Source: an uncultured Planctomycetales bacterium (GTDB taxonomy: Bacteria > Omnitrophota > Gorgyraeia > Zapsychrales > Fredricksoniimonadaceae). From it: a stretch of DNA of 64,000 nt. The stretch covers positions 1,917-65,916 of the forward strand of contig CAZFNI010000012.1 in the NCBI GenBank assembly GCA_964520655.1, read 5' to 3'. Both the position numbers and the translations under genes were made by a program. This document shows positions 27,915 through 36,640 of the stretch, piece by piece (the first letter of the stretch is position 1; each line of letters opens with the position of its first letter). The notes under the pieces were generated by a model that worked only from the letters and a program-made list of their open reading frames with translations, did no database searches and was not told the origin of the DNA.

Positions 27915-28567
27915 ATACTTAGCTCCTGATCAATTGACGCCACGATCAAACCCAAAGGATTCTGTTCCGTTGGAGCCACTACATTGATAAGAATCTTAAA
28001 GGTTATATCCTGCTCTTTTACCATTTGCTTCCCCATGAATAACGTCTTTTTAGTCTTGATGGTCACTTTATAATCACCTCTTTCTTTCTTCACCGAAGGC
28101 TCATCAATGACAGTCAATAATGAAGATATTTCACTTTGTTTTATCTCCTCTAGATCTTTACTTAAGCGCGTGCGCGTTTTTGACAATACATATGGCGACA
28201 TAAATCGCTGCGCGCGTGCATAAGCATTTGACGCCGTCACCGGATTGAAATTATTCCAATCCATGATCCATTTGGACACAAAGGTCGATACAACCATAGA
28301 CATATCCGATATTGGCAAAGCCACCCCTGCTTGATATACATTAGGAACATAATAAATAGATTTAGGCTTAACCACTGTCCACATAATGATCCCCGCAAAA
28401 GCCAAACTGACAATCCCAAGCAATAGACAAACGTAAAGCATCCGCTGATACATCAATTCTGATCTTGTCCATCGTTCCACAAACTGAGTACTTTTAGAAT
28501 GTTGTGCTTGCATATGATCCATAATGAGAAACTCCCCTAGGTGACGGAGGCAAACCTGGAAGTCCAA
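27911..28567 (-). CDS. TraE-like (VirB8-like) bitopic T4SS protein (probable true start at an internal Met, ~180 aa)
   Basis: It has a single N-terminal TM segment (LYVCLLLGIVSLAFAGIIMW) followed by a periplasmic domain. It is F-TraE-sized when started at the internal Met. The upstream extension overlaps traL. Confidence 0.45.
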   Translation of the reverse strand: MDFQVCLRHLGEFLIMDHMQAQHSKSTQFVERWTRSELMYQRMLYVCLLLGIVSLAFAGIIMWTVVKPKSIYYVPNVYQAGVALPISDMSMVVSTFVSKWIMDWNNFNPVTASNAYARAQRFMSPYVLSKTRTRLSKDLEEIKQSEISSLLTVIDEPSVKKERGDYKVTIKTKKTLFMGKQMVKEQDITFKILINVVAPTEQNPLGLIVASIDQELSI

Positions 28568-28784
28568 GGCCCTGAGAATATAACCAATGCATCAAATAGC
28601 CAGGCGGTTTTCCACTTTTCAATCTGGATATAAGTATCCAACATATGATCCCTATCGCTCCGGGAACATAAGGTTCAAACAACAAACCGCCAATACCAAT
28701 GACCAATACCACCGCCGCAAGGTCCTCTTGTTCTAGTCCAAAGAATGTTTGTGGCTTATCTATTGTTCGATAGCATGTGTGCAT
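28494..28784 (-). CDS. traL: TraL-like (VirB3-like) T4SS protein
   Basis: 96 aa. YRTIDKPQTFFGLEQEDLAAVVLVIGIGGLL parallels the F TraL YRFPKTLD..IIGLPLDEAIPAAVLLL. KSGKPPGYLMHWLY parallels KKGRSPYWLYNYCY. Confidence 0.55.
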   Translation of the reverse strand: MHTCYRTIDKPQTFFGLEQEDLAAVVLVIGIGGLLFEPYVPGAIGIICWILISRLKSGKPPGYLMHWLYSQGLGLPGLPPSPRGVSHYGSYASTTF

Positions 28785-28787
28785 GTA

Positions 28788-29069
28788 TTAGCCAGTCGCT
28801 ACCCTTTCTAATAAGAGCGGCAAAAATAACAACATTACAAAAGCTACAGCACTAGCAATTGCCAGCTTATATCTTCCTCTTAGCAAAGACGCTACACCTG
28901 ACAGCAGTATCACCACGCCTAACAATTTTGCGATAGGCCCCTTAAGCATCAATACAGACTTCTCTGAAAATTCTTGTACTGTTTTCTCTGGATCATCTGC
29001 CCACACAAATGAAACAAAATCAATTAGATATAAATGCATCAGTACCACCATCTTCATCAAAGATCGCAT
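28788..29069 (-). CDS. TraA/VirB2-like conjugative-type pilin precursor
   Basis: 93 aa. It has a leader peptide, then two hydrophobic helices separated by a basic loop (LRGRYK). This is the F-pilin/TrbC architecture. It is the first small gene after the polytopic membrane protein. Confidence 0.45.
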   Translation of the reverse strand: MRSLMKMVVLMHLYLIDFVSFVWADDPEKTVQEFSEKSVLMLKGPIAKLLGVVILLSGVASLLRGRYKLAIASAVAFVMLLFLPLLLERVATG

Positions 29070-29070
29070 C

Positions 29071-30261
29071 TTAACCTCCTTTAAATATAAGCATTCTGGT
29101 TAATAATACCTGGAACAACAACGATATTAAAAATGCGCCCACAAAGAATGGTTGCTCCCATGCCCACGAAACTTCTTGTTTAAGGACTACTTGTGTTTGA
29201 GCTTGGGCGACCAAGATTGCAGTATAATGACTTATCGCCGCACTCAGTACCCATGATTTGATCCAGATAAGATTTCTGCAGTATTCTCGGAACATCCCGG
29301 GTTGAACGTCTATAAATAATGACAGGACTACAAAAGGGAAGAGAATAGATAAGGTCATCTGTGCAACGCCATGAATATAGGGCAATGCTCGCATTGACCA
29401 GTAAAGCAATTTTGAACAAATCTTTTCTATTCCCTGAGAACTCTTAAGAATATTGTGTTGGGCAAATGACGCCATAATACATTGTTTGACGTCGTTGTCA
29501 TTGTGAGAATCAAGGAATGGTAAGAATACAGCCCTTGCGTCGCGTCTTAAATATTGATTGGACTCCAAATACTTATCACATAATGCACTTAAACTTTTTG
29601 AACCAACCCACTGTTTTTCGGCATACGCAGGATAAAGTTCAAGAATATTTTTATGTCCTGGCCCAATAATCCCAAGAGTTTGATTGGAATTCTCAATCTT
29701 ATAGCGCGATAACACAGGAGCGTATTGCTCATCAATAAAAGACTTAAATCGGTAAGAAAGACCCGAATCCAAAAATCCCACTCTGCTCGCTTCTCTTATA
29801 TAGGCGCTTTGGGTTTCAATGAAATATCCCTTGGGTAGAAACTTCGCTTCTACTGACATGGACTTATCCATCAGGCTAATAATGGCAAAGAATACTTGAT
29901 CTACAGCTCGGCTAATAAACGTAAAAAACACAGGCACTCGATCAATACTTGTTATTGTGTTCTTTAAAGACTTGCTACTACGAAAAGATTTATCGTTAAG
30001 CTCCTGATAGCTACTGATGTCTTTCTGTTCAAAGGATGGCAAAAGCATTAGAACAAGCACAATGATTATAGAGAAGAAAGAAATAAGTAAGTTGAAATGA
30101 CCCGTTCGAATATACCGCCACAGGCTCAGCAAAAAAACTGAACCACCTACCACTAAACCTATCCCGCTCCTCCTGAAAATGTAGTCCATCAGGATATGGG
30201 TAAAGTTAAGGCCAGCTAAATTTAACGCAGCATCTACTGAAGTTAAACCAAACAAATTCAC
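29071..30261 (-). CDS. Polytopic inner-membrane protein, TraG-N/VirB6-like candidate. It is the first gene of the operon.
   Basis: 396 aa with about 7 hydrophobic helices and a central periplasmic loop. No ATPase motifs are present. The assignment is by topology and context only. Confidence 0.3.
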   Translation of the reverse strand: MNLFGLTSVDAALNLAGLNFTHILMDYIFRRSGIGLVVGGSVFLLSLWRYIRTGHFNLLISFFSIIIVLVLMLLPSFEQKDISSYQELNDKSFRSSKSLKNTITSIDRVPVFFTFISRAVDQVFFAIISLMDKSMSVEAKFLPKGYFIETQSAYIREASRVGFLDSGLSYRFKSFIDEQYAPVLSRYKIENSNQTLGIIGPGHKNILELYPAYAEKQWVGSKSLSALCDKYLESNQYLRRDARAVFLPFLDSHNDNDVKQCIMASFAQHNILKSSQGIEKICSKLLYWSMRALPYIHGVAQMTLSILFPFVVLSLFIDVQPGMFREYCRNLIWIKSWVLSAAISHYTAILVAQAQTQVVLKQEVSWAWEQPFFVGAFLISLLFQVLLTRMLIFKGG

Positions 30262-30413
30262 AAACGAGGAAAAACTATTGGGGGAGGTTATTACACTATC
30301 TGACTTAGATTCGTTGGGAGAAACGAAATATTAACTAATAAGCAAATTATATTGATTATTACACAAATGTCAAGAAATTTAATATCATTTGCGCAAAATA
30401 AAAAGAAGCCTTT
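30262..30413 (-). promoter_or_regulatory. AT-rich 152-nt intergenic region, probable promoter of the T4SS/T4P super-operon
   Basis: This is the only sizeable gap upstream of the 21-gene block. It is AT-rich (…aaatttaatatcatttgcgcaaaataaaaag…). Confidence 0.3.
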
Positions 30414-31046
30414 TCATCTATTTGAAGCACCCATCAAATCATTTATAAAATCTAGATTCACATTCACACCTAATTCTTCTGCCTTTCTAACATCTGCCCA
30501 AGCCTTGTCGTATTCCTTTAAATGATAATAAGCTACCGCTCTTAGATTATATGCTTTCCCATATTCAGGTTTTAAGACGATGGCGCGGGAAAGATCATTC
30601 ACCGCTTCATGCAGCTTTTCCTCTTTAGCCAGTGTTTGCCCTCGATTAAAAAAAGCCTGAGGGTCATTGGGATTTAAATCAACTGCTCGGGAGAAATCTT
30701 GGAGAGCCTCTTCACTCCTGCCCTGTTGAGCAAGAACTACACCGCGATTGTTATATGCTTGCGCGAACAACGGATCGATCTCAATGACTTTGTTATATTC
30801 CTCTAAAGCAAGCTCTGGTGAATTTTGTTTATAATATAGGTCGCCCTGCTTTTTGTGTTCCAAGGAGGTATCCGCCAACACAGCAGAAATATTAAATAGG
30901 AATGAAAACAGCAGCATTAAAGATATGCGATCATTCATCATCTGCCTATTGTTGGGGATGGTGGAATTGGGTTTCGTAAAGACGACGGTACAGAGGGCAG
31001 GAAAACAGCAGGTCATCATGAGGTCCGCAGCCAACGATCTTTCCAC
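30414..31046 (-). CDS. Secreted TPR-repeat protein (probable start at MMNDRISLMLLF..., near 30941)
   Basis: It has a signal peptide, then 4 TPR units (AQAYNNRGVVLAQQGRSEEALQDFSRAVDLNPNDPQAFFNRGQTL...). Confidence 0.6.
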   Translation of the reverse strand: MERSLAADLMMTCCFPALCTVVFTKPNSTIPNNRQMMNDRISLMLLFSFLFNISAVLADTSLEHKKQGDLYYKQNSPELALEEYNKVIEIDPLFAQAYNNRGVVLAQQGRSEEALQDFSRAVDLNPNDPQAFFNRGQTLAKEEKLHEAVNDLSRAIVLKPEYGKAYNLRAVAYYHLKEYDKAWADVRKAEELGVNVNLDFINDLMGASNR

Positions 31047-32835
31047 CCTCGATCACAACGATCTTGTCCGCTTTCATGATCGTCGACAAACGATGAGCAA
31101 TGGCGATGACCGTCCTGCCTTGCATGAGCTCATCAAGCGCCTGCTGGACATATTTCTCTGATTCAGAATCCAAAGCACTTGTCGCTTCATCCAATATCAG
31201 GATCGGCGGGTTTTTCAAGATAGCCCTTGCAATCGTTAAACGCTGTTTCTCCCCACCGGATAATCGAAATCCGCGGTCACCCACCATTGTCTCGTAACCC
31301 TTGGGCATTTTCTCAACAAAATGACTGGCGTATGCATGCTGGGCAGCAATTTTGATCTGATCATCCGTCGCATCAAATGTGCCGTATGCGATATTGTTAC
31401 GAACCGTATCATTAAAAAGAACAGCCTCCTGAGTCACAATGCCGATCTGGCCCCGCAGCGATCTAAAGGACAATTCTTTCACATTTACTCCGTCAAACAG
31501 CACATTACCGTTTGAAGCGTCATAGAAACGAGGGATCAGATTGACCAGCGTTGACTTCCCGCTGCCTGTCGGGCCGACAATGGCAATGAGCTCGCCCTTT
31601 TTGATCTCAAGATTGATATCCGCCAGAACAGGGTCCCCTGACTTGTCATAGCTAAAGGTCACGTGGTCAAACACAACTTTCTGCTTAAGGGCATCCGCCT
31701 CTTTGGCATTTTCTTTTTCGACAACGGTCGGCTTAGCATCAAGCACCTCATAGATGCGCTCATTCGCGGCCAGCGCTTGCTGGACAATCGCTTGAACGTT
31801 AGCTAACTTCTTAATGGGCCGTATGACCTGAAGGATCGACACAAAAAAGAATAAAAATACCCCAAAAGATAACTTACCTAAAAGAACATCTTTACCCAAA
31901 ATCATCAAGATGACCATGCCGCAGATCGCACCAGCAATCTCTGTGATCGGTCCGACCATCATCATACTGATCAATGATTTCATCTTGACCTTGTAAAAAC
32001 CTTGATTTTGCTGACGGAAACGTTCGATCTCATATTTCTCCGTGCAAAAGGCTTTTAGAATACGCACTCCGGAGATAGTCTCCAATAAGTGTGAACTAAT
32101 GTCAGCGATCTTCTCCTGGATATTCTTCGATAATTTTCTCAAGCGTTTAGAAACAACGGCCATCGGCCAGCCTATTAGCGGGAACATGATAAAAACGATC
32201 ATTGTCCCCTTGAAATTGACTGTTAATGAAAATGATATGAACACCAGGATCAGAAAAGGCTGACGGAATAAGTCTGTGATCGCATAAGACACGGCATTCT
32301 CGATCGCGGCGACATCGTTCGTGATGCGGGAGACCAATTCCCCTGTACGCTTTTTAGAGAAATAATCCAGTGACAGCGTCTGAATGCGTTCGAATAATCG
32401 TGAACGCACATCCCTCATGACACTTTGGGCAATATCATTCATTAAATAATCACTTAAGAACAACACAGCCTGTTTGACTAAGAACATCGCCAAAAATGTG
32501 ACAGGAATAAGCTTGAACAAGGTCATGGCATCGGCTGTATTAAGCCAATTGACGATCTCATTAAAAAACGCAGGCACTTTATTGGGCAAAATGATCTTTT
32601 TATTGGTAAAAATACGGTCAATGACCGGCAGCATGAAGGACAGCTGTACGCCTTCAAAAAGGGAAGACAAAAGGATAAAGAACAACGCAAGACTAAAACG
32701 CTTTTTGTACCCGCTGACAAAGGAGAGAAGTTTGAGATAATTCTTCATAGGAGATTTGAATTTAGCATGGGGTTTGACATTTGTCGAGGGCTTTGTTAGT
32801 ATCCTTTTCATGCAAAAAATCAACATAGCCCTCAT
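30946..32835 (-). CDS. msbA: MsbA-like lipid A/lipid export ABC transporter (permease + ATPase)
   Basis: It has 6 TM helices. Walker A is GPTGSGKST, the ABC signature is LSGGEKQR and Walker B is ILILDEATSALD. Confidence 0.8.
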   Translation of the reverse strand: MRAMLIFCMKRILTKPSTNVKPHAKFKSPMKNYLKLLSFVSGYKKRFSLALFFILLSSLFEGVQLSFMLPVIDRIFTNKKIILPNKVPAFFNEIVNWLNTADAMTLFKLIPVTFLAMFLVKQAVLFLSDYLMNDIAQSVMRDVRSRLFERIQTLSLDYFSKKRTGELVSRITNDVAAIENAVSYAITDLFRQPFLILVFISFSLTVNFKGTMIVFIMFPLIGWPMAVVSKRLRKLSKNIQEKIADISSHLLETISGVRILKAFCTEKYEIERFRQQNQGFYKVKMKSLISMMMVGPITEIAGAICGMVILMILGKDVLLGKLSFGVFLFFFVSILQVIRPIKKLANVQAIVQQALAANERIYEVLDAKPTVVEKENAKEADALKQKVVFDHVTFSYDKSGDPVLADINLEIKKGELIAIVGPTGSGKSTLVNLIPRFYDASNGNVLFDGVNVKELSFRSLRGQIGIVTQEAVLFNDTVRNNIAYGTFDATDDQIKIAAQHAYASHFVEKMPKGYETMVGDRGFRLSGGEKQRLTIARAILKNPPILILDEATSALDSESEKYVQQALDELMQGRTVIAIAHRLSTIMKADKIVVIEGGKIVGCGPHDDLLFSCPLYRRLYETQFHHPQQ

Positions 32836-33745
32836 TGGCTGCGGCTTCCTGGGCAGCCGTCATCTAAAGACACTTCACAATCTAAGGAACAAGATCAACA
32901 TCACTGCGATATGCGACCATAACGCAGAAAACGCTAAAAGTTTAGCCAAACAATACCATGTTCCTTTTGTCACAGACTATAAGGAGCTTTCCGGAAAAGT
33001 AGATGCCGTTAGCATCTGCACCCCCACGATCTCCCACAAAGAGATCGCTGAATATTTCCTATCTAACAATGTGCACACTTTTGTTGAGAAACCCATTACC
33101 ACAACCATTGACGAGGCCAATGTGCTGGTGGATCTTGCTGCCGCAAAAAACCTAAAACTCCAGGTGGGTCATGTAGAACGTTTTAACGCGGCCTTCACTG
33201 CGATCGCGCCTCTTGTGAAAGATCCCTTATTCATCGAATGCCATCGTCTGAACTTGTTCCCCAACAGGTCGCTTGATATAGGGGTTGTTCTGGATCTGAT
33301 GATCCATGATATCGACATCATTTTAGGTTTGGTCAATTCCCCTATCAAAGACGTTCAGGCTGTTGGCGTTAATGTCTTAACGGACAAAGAAGATATTGCC
33401 AATGCCCGTTTAACTTTTGCGAACGGCTGCGTTTGCAACGTGACCGCCAGCCGCATATCACCGGAAGTGACGCGCAAGATCCGCATGTTCACCAAAAACG
33501 CATATATATCGCTCGACTATGCCAAACAGGAAGCAAAAATGTATACCAAGGATGAACGCGGCATCCACTTGAAAAATTTACCCATTGAAAAAGACGAGCC
33601 GCTCAAACGCGAACTGGAACATTTTATCGATTGCATCCGTGAAGGCAATAAGCCTTTGGTCTCTGGAGCTGAGGGACGTGAAGCGCTGCGCCTCGCACTA
33701 ACCATCAATCAAAAGATATGGGAACACCGACAAAACGCCTCTTGA
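32756..33745 (+). CDS. Gfo/Idh/MocA-family NAD(P)-dependent oxidoreductase
   Basis: INIALIGCGFLGSRH is a Rossmann motif. The rest has the typical Gfo/Idh/MocA layout. Confidence 0.75.
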   Translation: MNLAWGLTFVEGFVSILFMQKINIALIGCGFLGSRHLKTLHNLRNKINITAICDHNAENAKSLAKQYHVPFVTDYKELSGKVDAVSICTPTISHKEIAEYFLSNNVHTFVEKPITTTIDEANVLVDLAAAKNLKLQVGHVERFNAAFTAIAPLVKDPLFIECHRLNLFPNRSLDIGVVLDLMIHDIDIILGLVNSPIKDVQAVGVNVLTDKEDIANARLTFANGCVCNVTASRISPEVTRKIRMFTKNAYISLDYAKQEAKMYTKDERGIHLKNLPIEKDEPLKRELEHFIDCIREGNKPLVSGAEGREALRLALTINQKIWEHRQNAS

Positions 33746-34866
33746 TCGTTGCGGGAGAAGCCTCCGGGGATATGCGTGCCGCCGGGGTTGTCCGCGCCAT
33801 TCTTAAAGATCATCCCGAATATCATTTTATCGGCGTTGGCGGCGAACACATGAAGGCCGCTGGGGTTGAGATCCTGGAGAACATCGACCAGCTAGGTGTT
33901 GTGGGATTTCTCGAAGTGATCAAACACCTCCCCGTGATCACCCGGATCTTCAACAGCATACTTGCCTCGATCAAAGAGCATCAGGTTGACGCTGCTATTT
34001 TAGTCGACTATCCGGGTTTCAACATGAAATTGGCTCAAAGCTTGAAAAAGTCAGGTGTCACTGTCTTTTATTATGTCAGCCCCCAAGTCTGGGCGTGGAA
34101 AGAAAAACGCATCAACGTACTAAAAAAGATCGTCGATAAAATGCTGGTACTTTTTCCCTTTGAAAAAGAGATCTACGCCAAGTACGGCATGGATGTGGAT
34201 TATGTCGGCCACCCCCTCTTAGATGAAGTTAAGATCACGGAACCGCCATCGAGCATCAAAGCCCGTCTAGGTATTAAACCTCAAATGCAGACAATAGGCC
34301 TTCTTCCCGGATCAAGAGAAAAAGAGATCACCCGTCATCTCCCAGAAATGCTTGCCGCGGCAAAGATCCTTCTCTCTAAAAAGCAAGACAGAAAATTCAT
34401 CGTCCTGAGAGCACCGACCATCCCCAAGGAGACGATCAAAAGCATTATCGATGCCAGCGGCGTGGAGGCCATCATTTACGAAGGACCCGTGTACAATGGG
34501 ATCGGAGCAATGGACGCGGTGATGGTCGCATCCGGCACCGCGACACTGGAATGCGGTCTACTGCTTCGTCCCATGGTCATTATGTACAAAACCGCCTGGC
34601 CCACCTATTGGCTGGCGAAAAGTTTCGTTAAAATCCCCTATATCGGATTAGTCAATGTGGTTGCCGGAAAAAAGATCATCCCTGAACTTATCCAGCAGGA
34701 CGCAACAGGCGAGAAACTGGCACAAGCGATTGAGAACATATTCTCTAATCCTAACACCTACGGACAAATGACCAATGATCTGGCCATGGTCAAAGCAAAA
34801 CTTGGCGCCTCCGGTGCTAACAGCCGCGCTGCCGCGATCATAACTTCTTTTCTAGATCAACAATGA
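33718..34866 (+). CDS. lpxB: Lipid-A-disaccharide synthase
   Basis: LLIVAGEASGDMRAAGVV, the length of 382 aa and the overall motif order are those of LpxB. Confidence 0.8.
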   Translation: MGTPTKRLLIVAGEASGDMRAAGVVRAILKDHPEYHFIGVGGEHMKAAGVEILENIDQLGVVGFLEVIKHLPVITRIFNSILASIKEHQVDAAILVDYPGFNMKLAQSLKKSGVTVFYYVSPQVWAWKEKRINVLKKIVDKMLVLFPFEKEIYAKYGMDVDYVGHPLLDEVKITEPPSSIKARLGIKPQMQTIGLLPGSREKEITRHLPEMLAAAKILLSKKQDRKFIVLRAPTIPKETIKSIIDASGVEAIIYEGPVYNGIGAMDAVMVASGTATLECGLLLRPMVIMYKTAWPTYWLAKSFVKIPYIGLVNVVAGKKIIPELIQQDATGEKLAQAIENIFSNPNTYGQMTNDLAMVKAKLGASGANSRAAAIITSFLDQQ

Positions 34867-36640
34867 TGGATTGGACTTTCAAAAGGTCTTCCTGCATGCG
34901 TGACTGGTCGACGTGAACGCTTGCAAACTGCACCATATCCGCGTTCTCATAAACAGCTTTCATGCTGTCGATCACGATAACTGACACACCTTTATCCTTT
35001 AATAACACAAGGATGTCGGACACTGTCAAGCTCGCGGCTGGCCGATGTAATTTGTCTGCCAAATAGTTATTCATTGTTCTGACCAGCACATGATAGAAAT
35101 CTTTGGGTAAGCCGGCATTCAAATGTCCAGAAGCCGTCTTGATCCCCATCCTGGCAGTCTTAAATGCACGATGCCGTCTAGCGAATGCGGTATCCGTCTG
35201 CATCTTGTCATTAAAACGGGTCAACAGCCATAACACCACTGCGAATACACCCATAATAAGAACTCCTGCACGAAACTGCCATTTCCTGGAGAGCTTAATC
35301 AGGGATCTGACCGGATCAATGATATATTTCTTCACATAATCAATCTGGACCACACCTTTAGTTACTGATCCTTTGGAAAGATCCGCAAATCCCACCGCTT
35401 TGAATTCCTGATCTTTCGCGACGGGTGACACTTTAAGTCCAAACGGCCCCTGGGTAATCGTTTTATATTGTCCTGCGATCGGGTCAAAATAATTGAACAC
35501 GATAGCCGGCACCTGCTTGATCTCCTCGCTGGAAGGGATAATGACCTGCTCCACGATCCGGCTATTATCCACATCTTTGATCACAGGATCATAGGTTTTG
35601 AAATTCTTGTCAACAAACTCCGGCATATGCAGCGATCTAAAATTCGCATCACCGGATAATTTCATCCGCAGCGTAATGGGATCCCCCACATGAACCTCAT
35701 AAGGATTAATGGTCACAAAGAAATTCATTTGACCAACGGCTCCTGTAAAATCAGCCGGCTTCCCTTCAGTTGGCAGCTGGTGGACATTGATCTTCATGGC
35801 GCTGGCATTGACCATAATAGGGCGCTCCTGATAACTGTCGAACATGCCATTAAAAAAATCATCATTGAAGAACCCCTTTCCACCTAACGGGTTCGCTCCT
35901 TTTGTCCTGTAAAGTAAACTCCCAGAGATCTGGATGGGACCGATATTCAATTCACCGGGACGTGTGGGATAAATGAATGTTTGATAATCAACAACCGTAT
36001 GCTGCACCCCGTTGACCACCTCATTATACTGAGGGGGTTGGGCAAAATTATCCATCGTAAAACCATTCTGTTCAAACTTTGGGAATTGCAGGTTACGGAT
36101 AGGAAGCTGGTTGATATAGAGCTTAATGCGGATAGGGACCTTTTGCCCTAAATACACGTTGGCTTGGGGCGTTGACACGACCATGAATATCTTATCTTTC
36201 AAAGAAACTGAAGTATCACCGGCAATAGGATTTGCCGCTGTCGGTGAAGACGGTGCCGCATCCGAGATCACCAGGTCAATGGGACCTGTCACATATGATT
36301 TACCGTCGATCACAACCGTTAGCGGTGGGATCTGCACCTGTCCAGTTTTAGTCGGGAAAATGCTGTAATTATACGCGTGTATGCTGGAATATTGGCCATT
36401 GATGATCGAAATGCTTGTGGATGGCCCCAAGTAGTTAGTATCAATCCCATCGATCTTTGGCAATGGGGGTGGTTCAATACCGCCCTTGATACCATGAATG
36501 GTCAATGTCAATTGCCCGGCATCGCCAATGGTCAATTGATTGGATTGGACAGTAGCCTCAACACTAACATCTTCTGCCAGAACCCATCCGCTAAATAATA
36601 CCAGCATCATTACCGATAGCAATACCCGTCTCATCACCAA
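34838..36640 (-). CDS. batD: BatD-like protein (aerotolerance operon member)
   Basis: 600 aa. It has a signal peptide, a large extracytoplasmic region and a late TM segment (VLIMGVFAVVLWLL). It is the last gene of the Bat cluster. Confidence 0.5.
   Translation of the reverse strand: MVMRRVLLSVMMLVLFSGWVLAEDVSVEATVQSNQLTIGDAGQLTLTIHGIKGGIEPPPLPKIDGIDTNYLGPSTSISIINGQYSSIHAYNYSIFPTKTGQVQIPPLTVVIDGKSYVTGPIDLVISDAAPSSPTAANPIAGDTSVSLKDKIFMVVSTPQANVYLGQKVPIRIKLYINQLPIRNLQFPKFEQNGFTMDNFAQPPQYNEVVNGVQHTVVDYQTFIYPTRPGELNIGPIQISGSLLYRTKGANPLGGKGFFNDDFFNGMFDSYQERPIMVNASAMKINVHQLPTEGKPADFTGAVGQMNFFVTINPYEVHVGDPITLRMKLSGDANFRSLHMPEFVDKNFKTYDPVIKDVDNSRIVEQVIIPSSEEIKQVPAIVFNYFDPIAGQYKTITQGPFGLKVSPVAKDQEFKAVGFADLSKGSVTKGVVQIDYVKKYIIDPVRSLIKLSRKWQFRAGVLIMGVFAVVLWLLTRFNDKMQTDTAFARRHRAFKTARMGIKTASGHLNAGLPKDFYHVLVRTMNNYLADKLHRPAASLTVSDILVLLKDKGVSVIVIDSMKAVYENADMVQFASVHVDQSRMQEDLLKVQSIIVDLEKKL

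Noticed and set aside
12758-30413. Reading the T4SS/T4P block as an integrated plasmid, ICE or prophage.
   Set aside because: No integrase, relaxase, att direct repeats or adjacent tRNA were found. The composition appears similar to the flanks by eye. This remains possible if the key genes lie outside the window, so it is raised in the findings as a question rather than annotated as a mobile element.
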